NCBI RefSeq assembly: GCF_009914755.1
Contig: NC_060925.1
Length of the DNA stretch: 64,000 bases
Direction: 5' to 3' (one strand)
DNA from: the human T2T-CHM13v2.0 reference genome, Homo sapiens
The notes below the pieces were generated by a model. It was not told the origin of the DNA and did no database searches. It saw nothing but the letters and a program-made list of their open reading frames with translations. Shown here piece after piece: positions 1 to 14,400 of the stretch; the first letter of the stretch is position 1, and every line of letters begins with the position of its first letter. The position numbers and the translations under genes were made by a program.

Positions 1-205
1 AAAATAACCATCATCAATTGGTATTGAATGGAATTGTCATCAAATGGAATTCAAAGGAATCATCATCAAATGGAACCGAATGGAATCCTCATTGAATGGA
101 AATGAAAGGGGTCATCATCTAATGGAATCGCATGGAATCATCATCAAATGGAATCGAATGGAATCATCATCAAATGGAATCGAATGGAATCATTGAAAGA
201 ATTGA

Positions 206-1981
206 ATGGAATCATCATCGAATGAATTGAATGCAATCATCGAATGGTCTCGAATGGAATCATCTTCTAATGGAAAGGAATGGAATCATCGCATAGAATC
301 GAATGGAATTATCATCGAATGGAATCGAATGGTATCAACACCAAACGGAAAAAAACGGAATTATCGAATGGAATCGAAGAGAATCTTCGAACGGACCCGA
401 ATGGAATCATCTAATGGAATGGAATGGAATAATCCATGGAGTCGAATGCAATCATCATCGAATGGAATCGAATGGAATCATCGAATGGACTCGAATGGAA
501 TAATCATTGAACGGAATCGAATGGAATCATCATCGGATGGAAACGAATGGAATCATCATCGAATGGAAATGAAAGGAGTCATCATCTAATGGAATTGCAT
601 GGAATCATCATCAAATGGAATCGAATGGAATCAACATCAAATGGAATCAAATGGAATCATTGAACGGAATTGAATGGAATCGTCATCGAATGAATTGAAT
701 GCAATCATCGAATGGTCTCGAATGGAATCATCTTCAAATGGAATGGAATGGAATCATCGCATAGAATCGAATGGAATTATCATCGAATGGAATCGAATGG
801 AATCAACATCAAACGGAAAAAAACGTAATTATCGAATGGAATCGAAGAGAATCATCGAATGGACCCGAATGGAATCATCTAATGGAATGGAATGGAATAA
901 TCCATGGACTCGAATGCAATCATCATCGAATGGAATCGAATGGAATCATCGAATGGACTCGAATGGAATAATCATTGAACGGAATCGAATGGAATCATCA
1001 TCGGATGGAAATGAATGGAATCATCATCGAATGGAATCGAATAGAATTATGGAATGAAATCCAGTGTGATCATCATCGAATGGACACGAATGGAATCATC
1101 ATCCAACGGAAGCTAATGGAATCAACATCGAATGAATCAAATGGAAACACCATCGAATTGAAACGAATGGAATTACCATGAAATTGAAATGGATGGACTC
1201 ATCATCAAATGGATTCGAGTGGAATCATCGAATAAAATTGATTGAAATCATCATCGAATGGAATCGAATGGTATCATTGAATGGAATCGAATGGAATCAT
1301 CATCAGATGGAAATGAAAGGAATCGTCATAGAATGGAATCGAATGGATTCATTGAATGGAATCAGATGGAATCATTGAATGGACTGGAATGGAATCATTG
1401 AATGGACTCGAAAGGGATCATGATTGAATGGAATTGAATGGAATCATCGAATGGTCTCGATTGGAATCATTATCAAATGGAATCGAATGGAATCACCGAA
1501 TAGAATCGAATGGAACAATCATCTAATGGACTCAAATGGAATTATCCTCAAATGGAATCGAATGGAATTATCGAATGCAATCGAATGGAATTATCGAATG
1601 CAATCGAAGAGAATCATCGAATGGACTCGAATGGAATCATCGAATGGAATGGAATGGAACAGTCAATGAACTCGAATGGAATCATCATTGAATGGAATCG
1701 AATGGAATCATCGAGTGGAATCGAATGGAATTATGATCAAATGGAATCGAATGTAATCATCATCAAATGGAATCAAAAATAACCATCATCAATTGGTATT
1801 GAATGGAATTCTCATCAAATGGAATTCAAAGGAATCATCATCAAATGGAACCGAATGGAATCCTCATTGAATGGAAATGAAAGGGGTCATCATCTAATGG
1901 AATCGCATGGAATCATCATCAAATGGAATCGAATGGAATCAACATCAAATGGAATCTAATGGAATCATTGAACGGAATTGA
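206..1981 (+). repeat. Representative 1776-bp higher-order unit (module A 206-673 + module B 674-1981)
   Basis: A and B share their first ~370 bp (GGTCTC, CGCATAG, AAACGGAAAAAAACG, GGACCCG, CCATGG). B alone has CCAGTGTGATC, GGAAGCTAATG, ATAAAATTGATTG, GGAACAGTC, AAAAATAACC, and the conserved EcoRI site in AAATGGAATTCAAAGG (47-52, 1822-1827). Confidence 0.92.
1114..1124 (+). promoter_or_regulatory. Candidate DUX4-type site TAATGGAATCA (representative copy; 1-2 per unit)
   Basis: Fits the published degenerate DUX4 consensus TAAYBBAATCA, within GGAAGCTAATGGAATCAAC. A second copy class lies at 1957-1967. DUX4 binding and activation of HSATII is established, but occupancy of this particular site is not shown. 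Confidence 0.4.
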
Positions 1982-2449
1982 ATGGAATCGTCATCGAATG
2001 AATTGAATGCAATCATCGAATGGTCTCGAATGGAATCATCTTCAAATGGAATGGAATGGAATCATCGCATAGAATCGAATGGAATTATCATCGAATGGAA
2101 TCGAATGGAATCAACATCAAACGGAAAAAAACGGAATTATCGAATGGAATCGAAGAGAATCTTCGAACGGACCCGAATGGAATCATCTAATGGAAAGGAA
2201 TGGAATAATCCATGGACTCGAATGCAATCATCATCGAATGGAATCGAATGGAATCATCGAATGGACTCGAATGGAATAATCATTGAACGGAATCGAATGG
2301 AATCATCATCGGATGGAAACGAATGGAATCATCATCGAATGGAAATGAAAGGAGTCATCATCTAATGGAATTGCATGGAATCATCATAAAATGGAATCGA
2401 ATGGAATCAACATCAAATGGAATCAAATGGAATCATTGAACGGAATTGA

Positions 2450-5400
2450 ATGGAATCGTCATCGAATGAATTGAATGCAATCATCGAATGGTCTCGAATG
2501 GAATCATCTTCAAATGGAATGGAATGGAATCATCGCATAGAATCGAATGGAATTATCATCGAATGGAATCGAATGGAATCAACATCAAACGGAAAAAAAC
2601 GGAATTATCGAATGGAATCGAAGATAATCACCGAATGGACCCGAATGGAATCATCTAATGGAATGGAATGGAATAATCCATGGACTCGAATGCAATCATC
2701 ATCGAATGGAATCGAATGGAATCATCGAATGGACTCGAATGGAATAATCATTGAACGGAATCGAATAGAATCATCATCGGATGGAAATGAATGGAATCAT
2801 CATCGAATGGAATCGAATAGAATTATGGAATGAAATCCAGTGTGATCATCATCGAATGGACCCGAATGGAATCATCATCCAACGGAAGCTAATGGAATCA
2901 ACATCGAATGAATCAAATGGAAACACCATCGAATTGAAACCAATGGAATTACCATGAAATTGAAATGGATGGACTCATCCTCAAATGGATTCGAGTGGAA
3001 TCATCGAATAAAATTGATTGAAATCATCATCGAATGGAATCGAATGGTATCATTGAATGGAATCGAATGGAATCATCATCAGATGGAAATGAAAGGAATC
3101 GTCATAGAATGGAATCGAATGGATTCATTGAATGGAATCAGATGGAATCATTGAATGGACTGGAATGGAATCATTGAATGGACTCGAAAGGGATCATTAT
3201 TGAATGGAATTGAATGGAATCATCGAATGGTCTCGATTGGAATCATTATCAAATGGAATCGAATGGAATCACCGAATAGAATCGAATGGAACAATCATCG
3301 AATGGACTCAAATGGAATAATCCTCAAATGGAATTGAATGGAATTATCGAATGCAATCGAATGGAATTATCGAATGCAATCGAATAGAATCATCGAATGG
3401 ACTCGAAAGGAATCATCGAATGGAATGGAATGGAACAGTCAATGAACTCGAATGGAATCATCATTGAATGGAATCGAATGGAATCATCGAGTGGAATCGA
3501 ATGTAATCATCATCAAATGGAATCAAAAATAACCATCATCAAATGGAATCAAAAATAACCATCATCAATTGGTATTGAATGGAATTCTCATCAAATGGAA
3601 TTCAAAGGAATCATCATCAAATGGAACCGAATGGAATCCTCATTGAATGGAAATGAAAGGGGTCATCATCTAATGGAATCGCATGGAATCATCATCAAAT
3701 GGAATCGAATGGAATCAACATCAAATGGAATCAAATGGAATCATTGAACGGAATTGAATGGAATCGTCATCGAATGAATTGAATGCAATCATCGAATGGT
3801 CTCGAATGGAATCATCTTCAAATGGAATGGAATGGAATCATCGCATAGAATCGAATGGAATTTTCATCGAATGGAATCGAATGGAATCAACATCAAACGG
3901 AAAAAAACGGAATTATCGAATGGAATCGAAGAGAATCACCGAATGGACCCGAATGGAATCATCTAATGGAATGGAATGGAATAATCCATGGACTCGAATG
4001 CAATCATCATCGAATGGAATCGAATGGAATCATCGAATGGACTCGAATGGAATAATCATTGAACGGAATCGAATGGAATCATCATCGGATGGAAATGAAT
4101 GGAATCATCATCGAATGGAATCGAATAGAATTATGAAATGAAATCCAGTGTGATCATCATCGAATGGACCCGAATGGAATCATCATCCAACGGAAGCTAA
4201 TGGAATCAACATCGAATGAATCAAATGGAAACACCATCGAATTGAAACGAATGGAATTACCATGAAATTGAAATGGATGGACTCATCCTCAAATGGATTC
4301 GAGTGGAATCATCGAATAAAATTGATTGAAATCATCATCGAATGGAATCGAATGGTATCATTGAATGGAATCGAATGGAATCATCATCAGATGGAAATGA
4401 AAGGAATCGTCATAGAATGGAATCGAATGGATTCATTGAATGGAATCAGATGGAATCATTGAATGGACTGGAATGGAATCATTGAATGGACTCGAAAGGG
4501 ATCATTATTGAATGGAATTGAATGGAATCATCGAATGGTCTCGATTGGAATCATTATCAAATGGAATCGAAAGGAATCACCGAATAGAATCGAATGGAAC
4601 AATCATCGAATGGACTCAAATGGAATTATCCTCAAATGGAATTGAATGGAATTATCGAATGCAATCGAATGGAATTATCGAATGCAATCGAATAGAATCA
4701 TCGAATGGACTCGAATGGAATCATCGAATGGAATGGAATGGAACAGTCAATGAACTCGAATGGAATCATCATTGAATGGAATCGAATGGAATCATCGAGT
4801 GGAATCGAATGTAATCATCATCAAATGGAATCAAAAATAACCATCACAAATGGAATCAAAAATAACCATCATCAATTGGTATTGAATGGAATTCTCATCA
4901 AATGGAATTCAAAGGAATCATCATCAAATGGAACCGAATGGAATCCTCATTGAATGGAAATGAAAGGGGTCATCATCTAATGGAATCGCATGGAATCATC
5001 ATAAAATGGAATCGAATGGAATCAACATCAAATGGAATCAAATGGAATAATTGAACGGAATTGAATGGAATCGTCATCGAATGAATTGAATGCAATCATC
5101 GAATGGTCTCGAATGGAATCATCTTCAAATGGAATGGAATGGAATCATCGCATAGAATCGAAAGGAATTATCATCGAATGGAATCGAATGGAATCAACAC
5201 CAAACGGAAAAAAACGGAATTATCGAATGGAATCGAAGAGAATCATCGAATGGACCCGAATGGAATCATCTAATGGAATGGAATGGAATAATCCATGGAC
5301 TCGAATGCAATCATCATCGAATGGAATCGAATGGAATCATCCAATGGACTCGAATGGAATAATCATTGAACGGAATCGAATGGAATCATCATCGGATGGA

Positions 5401-8400
5401 AATGAATGGAATCATCATCGAATGGAATCGAATAGAATTATGGAATGAAATCCAGTGTGATCATCATCGAATGGACCCGAATGGAATCATCATCCAACGG
5501 ATGCTAATGGAATCAACATCGAATGAATCAAATGGAAACACCATCGAATTGAAACGAATGGAATTACCATGAAATTGAAATGGATGGACTCATCATCGAA
5601 TGGATTCGAAAGGAATCATCGAATAAAATTGATTGAAATCATCATCGAATGGAATCGAATGGTATCATTGAATGGAATCGAATGGAATCATCATCAGATG
5701 GAAATGAATGGAATCGTCATAGAATGGAATCGAATGGATTCATTGAATGGAATCAGATGGAATCATTGAATGGACTGGAATGGAATCATTGAATGGACTC
5801 GAAAGGGATCATTATTGAATGGAATTGAATGGAATCATCGAATGGTCTCGATTGGAATCATTATCAAATGGAATCGAATGGAATCACCGAATAGAATCGA
5901 ATGGAACAATCATCGAATGGACTCAAATGGAATTATCCTCAAATGGAATTGAATGGAATTATCGAATGCAATCGAATGGAATTATCGAATGCAATCGAAT
6001 AGAATCATCGAATGGACTCGAATGGAATCATCGAATGGAATGGAATGGAACAGTCAATGAACTCGAATGGAATCATCATTGAATGGAATCGAATGGAATC
6101 ATCGAGTGGAATCGAATGTAATCATCATCAAATGGAATCAAAAATAACCATCATCAAATGGAATCAAAAATAACCATCATCAATTGGTATTGAATGGAAT
6201 TCTCATCAAATGGAATTCAAAGGAATCATCATCAAATGGAACCGAATGGAATCCTCATTGAATGGAAATGAAAGGGGTCATCATCTAATGGAATCGCATG
6301 GAATCATCATCAAATGGAATCGAATGGAATCAACATCAAATGGAATCAAATGGAATCATTGAACGGAATTGAATGGAATCGTCATCGAATGAATTGAATG
6401 CAATCATCGAATGGTCTCGAATGGAATCATCTTCAAATGGAATGGAATGGAATCATCGCATAGAATCGAATGGAATTTTCATCGAATGGAATCGAATGGA
6501 ATCAACATCAAACGGAAAAAAACGGAATTATCGAATGGAATCGAAGAGAATCACCGAATGGACCCGAATGGAATCATCTAATGGAATGGAATGGAATAAT
6601 CCATGGACTCGAATGCAATCATCATCGAATGGAATCGAATGGAATCATCGAATGGACTCGAATGGAATAATCATTGAACGGAATCGAATGGAATCATCAT
6701 CGGATGGAAATGAATGGAATCATCATCGAATGGAATCGAATAGAATTATGGAATGAAATCCAGTGTGATCATCATCGAATGGACCCGAATGGAATCATCA
6801 TCCAACGGAAGCTAATGGAATCAACATCGAATGAATCAAATGGAAACACCATCGAATTGAAACGAATGGAATTACCATGAAATTGAAATGGATGGACTCA
6901 TCCTCAAATGGATTCGAGTGGAATCATCGAATAAAATTGATTGAAATCATCATCGAATGGAATCGAATGGTATCATTGAATGGAATCGAATGGAATCATC
7001 ATCAGATGGAAATGAAAGGAATCGTCATAGAATGGAATCGAATGGATTCATTGAATGGAATCAGATGGAATCATTGAATGGACTGGAATGGAATCATTGA
7101 ATGGACTCGAAAGGGATCATTATTGAATGGAATTGAATGGAATCATCGAATGGTCTCGATTGGAATCATTATCAAATGGAATCGAATGGAATCACCGAAT
7201 AGAATCGAATGGAACAATCATCGAATGGACTCAAATGGAATTATCCTCAAATGGAATTGAATGGAATTATCGAATGCAATCGAATGGAATTATCGAATGC
7301 AATCGAATAGAATCATCGAATGGACTCGAATAGAATCATCGAATGGAATGGAATGGAACAGTCAATGAACTCGAATGGAATCATCATTGAATGGAATCGA
7401 ATGGAATCATCGAGTGGAATCGAATGTAATCATCATCAAATGGAATCAAAAATAACCATCATCAAATGGAATCAAAAATAACCATCATCAATTGGTATTG
7501 AATGGAATTCTCATCAAATGGAATTCAAAGGAATCATCATCAAATGGAACCGAATGGAATCCTCATTGAATGGAAATGAAAGGGGTCATCATCTAATGGA
7601 ATCGCATGGAATCATCATAAAATGGAATCGAATGGAATCAACATCAAATGGAATCAAATGGAATCATTGAACGGAATTGAATGGAATCGTCATCGAATGA
7701 ATTGAATGCAATCATCGAATGGTCTCGAATGGAATCATCTTCAAATGGAATGGAATGGAATCATCGCATAGAATCGAAAGGAATTATCATGGAATGGAAT
7801 CGAATGGAATCAACAGCAAACGGAAAAAAACGGAATTATCGAATGGAATCGAAGAGAATCATCGAATGGACCCGAATGGAATCATCTAATGGAATGGAAT
7901 GGAATAATCCATGGACTCGAATGCAATCATCATCGAATGGAATCGAATGGAATCATCCAATGGACTCGAATGGAATAATCATTGAACGGAATCGAATGGA
8001 ATCATCATCGGATGGAAATGAATGGAATCATCATCGAATGGAATCGAATAGTATTATGGAATGAAATCCAGTGTGATCATCATCGAATGGACCCGAATGG
8101 AATCATCATCCAACGGATGCTAATGGGATCAACATCGAATGAATCAAATGGAAACACCATCGAATTGAAACGAATGGAATTACCATGAAATTGAAATGGA
8201 TGGACTCATCATCGAATGGATTCGAAAGGAATCATCGAATAAAATTGATTGAAATCATCATGGAATGGAATCGAATGGTATCATTGAATGGAATCGAATG
8301 GAATCATCATCAGATGGAAATGAATGGAATCGTCATAGAATGGAATCGAATGGATTCATTGAATGGAATCAGATGGAATCATCGAATGGACTGGAATGGA

Positions 8401-11400
8401 ATCATTGAATGGACTCGAAAGGGATCATTATTGAATGGAATTGAATGGAATCATCGAATGGTCTCGATTGGAATCATTATAAAATGGAATCGAATGGAAT
8501 CACCGAATAGAATCGAATGGAACAATCATCGAATGGACTCAAATGGAATTATCCTCAAATGGAATTGAATGGAATTATCGAATGCAATCGAATGGAATTA
8601 TCGAATGCAATCGAATAGAATCATCGAATGGACTCGAATGGAATCATCGAATGGAATGGAATGGAACAGTCAATGAACTCGAATGGAATCATCATTGAAT
8701 GGAATCGAATGGAATCATCGAGTGGAATCGAATGTAATCATCATCAAATGGAATCAAAAATAACCATCATCAAATGGAATCAAAAATAACCATCATCAAT
8801 TGGTATTGAATGGAATTCTCATCAAATGGAATTCAAAGGAATCATCATCAAATGGAACCGAATGGAATCCTCATTGAATGGAAATGAAAGGGGTCATCAT
8901 CTAATGGAATCGCATGGAATCATCATCAAATGGAATCGAATGGAATCAACATCAAATGGAATCAAATGGAATCATTGAACGGAATTGAATGGAATCGTCA
9001 TTGAATGAATTGAATACAATCATCGAATGGTCTCGAATGGAATCATCTTCAAATGGAATGGAATGGAATCATCGCATAGAATCGAATGGAATTTTCATCG
9101 AATGGAATCGAATGGAATCAACATCAAACGGAAAAAAACGGAATTATCGAATGGAATCGAAGATAATCACCGAATGGACCCGAATGGAATCATCTAATGG
9201 AATGGAATGGAATAATCCATGGACTCGAATGCAATCATCATCGAATGGAATCGAATGGAATCATCGAATGGACTCGAATGGAATAATCATTGAACGGAAT
9301 CGAATAGAATCATCATCGGATGGAAATGAATGGAATCATCATCGAATGGAATCGAATAGAATTATGGAATGAAATCCAGTGTGATCATCATCGAATGGAC
9401 CCGAATGGAATCATCATCCAACGGAAGCTAATGGAATCAACATCGAATGAATCAAATGGAAACACCATCGAATTGAAACCAATGGAATTACCATGAAATT
9501 GAAATGGATGGACTCATCCTCAAATGGATTCGAGTGGAATCATCGAATAAAATTGATTGAAATCATCATCGAATGGAATCGAATGGTATCATTGAATGGA
9601 ATCGAATGGAATCATCATCAGATGGAAATGAAAGGAATCGTCATAGAATGGAATCGAATGGATTCATTGAATGGAATCAGATGGAATCATTGAATGGACT
9701 GGAATGGAATCATTGAATGGACTCGAAAGGGATCATTATTGAATGGAATTGAATGGAATCATCGAATGGTCTCGATTGGAATCATTATCAAATGGAATCG
9801 AATGGAATCACCAAATAGAATCGAATGGAACAATCATCGAATGGACTCAAATGGAATAATCCTCAAATGGAATTGAATGGAATTATCGAATGCAATCGAA
9901 TGGAATTATCGAATGCAATCGAATAGAATCATCGAATGGACTCGAATGGAATCATCGAATGGAATGGAATGGAACAGTCAATGAACTCGAATGGAATCAT
10001 CATTGAATGGAATCGAATGGAATCATCGAGTGGAATCGAATGTAATCATCATCAAATGGAATCAAAAATAACCATCATCAAATGGAATCAAAAATAACCA
10101 TCATCAATTGGTATTGAATGGAATTCTCATCAAATGGAATTCAAAGGAATCATCATCAAATGGAACCGAATGGAATCCTCATTGAATGGAAATGAAAGGG
10201 GTCATCATCTAATGGAATCGCATGGAATCATCATCAAATGGAATCGAATGGAATCAACATCAAATGGAATCAAATGGAATCATTGAACGGAATTGAATGG
10301 AATCGTCATCGAATGAATTGAATGCAATCATCGAATGGTCTCGAATGGAATCATCTTCAAATGGAATGGAATGGAATCATCGCATAGAATCGAATGGAAT
10401 TTTCATCGAATGGAATCGAATGGAATCAACATCAAACGGAAAAAAACGGAATTATCGAATGGAATCGAAGAGAATCACCGAATGGACCCGAATGGAATCA
10501 TCTAATGGAATGGAATGGAATAATCCATGGACTCGAATGCAATCATCATCGAATGGAATCGAATGGAATCATCGAATGGACTCGAATGGAATAATCATTG
10601 AACGGAATCGAATGGAATCATCATCGGATGGAAATGAATGGAATCATCATCGAATGGAATCGAATAGAATTATGGAATGAAATCCAGTGTGATCATCATC
10701 GAATGGACCCGAATGGAATCATCATCCAACGGAAGCTAATGGAATCAACATCGAATGAATCAAATGGAAACACCATCGAATTGAAACGAATGGAATTACC
10801 ATGAAATTGAAATGGATGGACTCATCCTCAAATGGATTCGAGTGGAATCATCGAATAAAATTGATTGAAATCATCATCGAATGGAATCGAATGGTATCAT
10901 TGAATGGAATCGAATGGAATCATCATCAGATGGAAATGAAAGGAATCGTCATAGAATGGAATCGAATGGATTCATTGAATGGAATCAGATGGAATCATTG
11001 AATGGACTGGAATGGAATCATTGAATGGACTCGAAAGGGATCATTATTGAATGGAATTGAATGGAATCATCGAATGGTCTCGATTGGAATCATTATCAAA
11101 TGGAATCGAATGGAATCACCGAATAGAATCGAATGGAACAATCATCGAATGGACTCAAATGGAATTATCCTCAAATGGAATTGAATGGAATTATCGAATG
11201 CAATCGAATGGAATTATCGAATGCAATCGAATAGAATCATCGAATGGACTCGAATGGAATCATCGAATGGAATGGAATGGAACAGTCAATGAACTCGAAT
11301 GGAATCATCATTGAATGGAATCGAATGGAATCATCGAGTGGAATCGAATGTAATCATCATCAAATGGAATCAAAAATAACCATCATCAAATGGAATCAAA

Positions 11401-14400
11401 AATAACCATCATCAATTGGTATTGAATGGAATTCTCATCAAATGGAATTCAAAGGAATCATCATCAAATGGAACCGAATGGAATCCTCATTGAATGGAAA
11501 TGAAAGGGGTCATCATCTAATGGAATCGCATGGAATCATCATAAAATGGAATCGAATGGAATCAACATCAAATGGAATCAAATGGAATAATTGAACGGAA
11601 TTGAATGGAATCGTCATCGAATGAATTGAATGCAATCATCGAATGGTCTCGAATGGAATCATCTTCAAATGGAATGGAATGGAATCATCGCATAGAATCG
11701 AAAGGAATTATCATGGAATGGAATCGAATGGAATCAACACCAAACGGAAAAAAACGGAATTATCGAATGGAATCGAAGAGAATCATCGAATGGACCCGAA
11801 TGGAATCATCTAATGGAATGGAATGGAATAATCCATGGACTCGAATGCAATCATCATCGAATGGAATCGAATGGAATCATCCAATGGACTCGAATGGAAT
11901 AATCATTGAACGGAATCGAATGGAATCATCATCGGATGGAAATGAATGGAATCATCATCGAATGGAATCGAATAGAATTATGGAATGAAATCCAGTGTGA
12001 TCATCATCGAATGGACCCGAATGGAATCATCATCCAACGGATGCTAATGGAATCAACATCGAATGAATCAAATGGAAACACCATCGAATTGAAACGAATG
12101 GAATTACCATGAAATTGAAATGGATGGACTCATCATCGAATGGATTCGAAAGGAATCATCGAATAAAATTGATTGAAATCATCATCGAATGGAATCGAAT
12201 GGTATCATTGAATGGAATCGAATGGAATCATCATCAGATGGAAATGAATGGAATCGTCATAGAATGGAATCGAATGGATTCATTGAATGGAATCAGATGG
12301 AATCATTGAATGGACTGGAATGGAATCATTGAATGGACTCGAAAGGGATCATTATTGAATGGAATTGAATGGAATCATCGAATGGTCTCGATTGGAATCA
12401 TTATCAAATGGAATCGAATGGAATCACCGAATAGAATCGAATGGAACAATCATCGAATGGACTCAAATGGAATTATCCTCAAATGGAATTGAATGGAATT
12501 ATCGAATGCAATCGAATGGAATTATCGAATGCAATCGAATAGAATCATCGAATGGACTCGAATGGAATCATCGAATGGAATGGAATGGAACAGTCAATGA
12601 ACTCGAATGGAATCATCATTGAATGGAATCGAATGGAATCATCGAGTGGAATCGAATGTAATCATCATCAAATGGAATCAAAAATAACCATCATCAAATG
12701 GAATCAAAAATAACCATCATCAATTGGTATTGAATGGAATTCTCATCAAATGGAATTCAAAGGAATCATCATCAAATGGAACCGAATGGAATCCTCATTG
12801 AATGGAAATGAAAGGGGTCATCATCTAATGGAATCGCATGGAATCATCATCAAATGGAATCGAATGGAATCAACATCAAATGGAATCAAATGGAATCATT
12901 GAACGGAATTGAATGGAATCGTCATCGAATGAATTGAATGCAATCATCGAATGGTCTCGAATGGAATCATCTTCAAATGGAATGGAATGGAATCATCGCA
13001 TAGAATCGAATGGAATTTTCATCGAATGGAATCGAATGGAATCAACATCAAACGGAAAAAAACGGAATTATCGAATGGAATCGAAGAGAATCACCGAATG
13101 GACCCGAATGGAATCATCTAATGGAATGGAATGGAATAATCCATGGACTCGAATGCAATCATCATCGAATGGAATCGAATGGAATCATCGAATGGACTCG
13201 AATGGAATAATCATTGAACGGAATCGAATGGAATCATCATCGGATGGAAATGAATGGAATCATCATCGAATGGAATCGAATAGAATTATGGAATGAAATC
13301 CAGTGTGATCATCATCGAATGGACCCGAATGGAATCATCATCCAACGGAAGCTAATGGAATCAACATCGAATGAATCAAATGGAAACACCATCGAATTGA
13401 AACGAATGGAATTACCATGAAATTGAAATGGATGGACTCATCCTCAAATGGATTCGAGTGGAATCATCGAATAAAATTGATTGAAATCATCATCGAATGG
13501 AATCGAATGGTATCATTGAATGGAATCGAATGGAATCATCATCAGATGGAAATGAAAGGAATCGTCATAGAATGGAATCGAATGGATTCATTGAATGGAA
13601 TCAGATGGAATCATTGAATGGACTGGAATGGAATCATTGAATGGACTCGAAAGGGATCATTATTGAATGGAATTGAATGGAATCATCGAATGGTCTCGAT
13701 TGGAATCATTATCAAATGGAATCGAATGGAATCACCGAATAGAATCGAATGGAACAATCATCGAATGGACTCAAATGGAATTATCCTCAAATGGAATTGA
13801 ATGGAATTATCGAATGCAATCGAATGGAATTATCGAATGCAATCGAATAGAATCATCGAATGGACTCGAATGGAATCATCGAATGGAATGGAATGGAACA
13901 GTCAATGAACTCGAATGGAATCATCATTGAATGGAATCGAATGGAATCATCGAGTGGAATCGAATGTAATCATCATCAAATGGAATCAAAAATAACCATC
14001 ATCAAATGGAATCAAAAATAACCATCATCAATTGGTATTGAATGGAATTCTCATCAAATGGAATTCAAAGGAATCATCATCAAATGGAACCGAATGGAAT
14101 CCTCATTGAATGGAAATGAAAGGGGTCATCATCTAATGGAATCGCATGGAATCATCATAAAATGGAATCGAATGGAATCAACATCAAATGGAATCAAATG
14201 GAATATTTGAACGGAATTGAATGGAATCGTCATCGAATGAATTGAATGCAATCATCGAATGGTCTCGAATGGAATCATCTTCAAATGGAATGCAATGGAA
14301 TCATCGCATAGAATCGAAAGGAATTATCATCGAATGGAATCGAATGGAATCAACACCAAACGGAAAAAAACGGAATTATCGAATGGAATCGAAGAGAATC

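Noticed and set aside
343-358. AAACGGAAAAAAACGG A-tract as a Pol III terminator (T7 on the minus strand) or retro-insertion tail
   Set aside because: It aligns in register with an ordinary AAATGGAATCAAATGG monomer (compare the A* modules). There is no recognisable Pol III gene, so it is best explained as accumulated substitutions.
376-392. GAAGAGAATCTTCGAAC in A modules as a heat-shock element
   Set aside because: Only two correctly phased nGAAn units (GAAtcTTC) are present and the third is out of phase. HSF1 stress bodies are established for HSat3, not this satellite.
1231-1250. AATAAA and the near-palindrome TGATTGAAATCA once per B unit, as a poly(A) signal or operator
   Set aside because: Such short AT-rich matches arise readily in this composition. 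There is no downstream GU-rich element or transcript evidence in the sequence.
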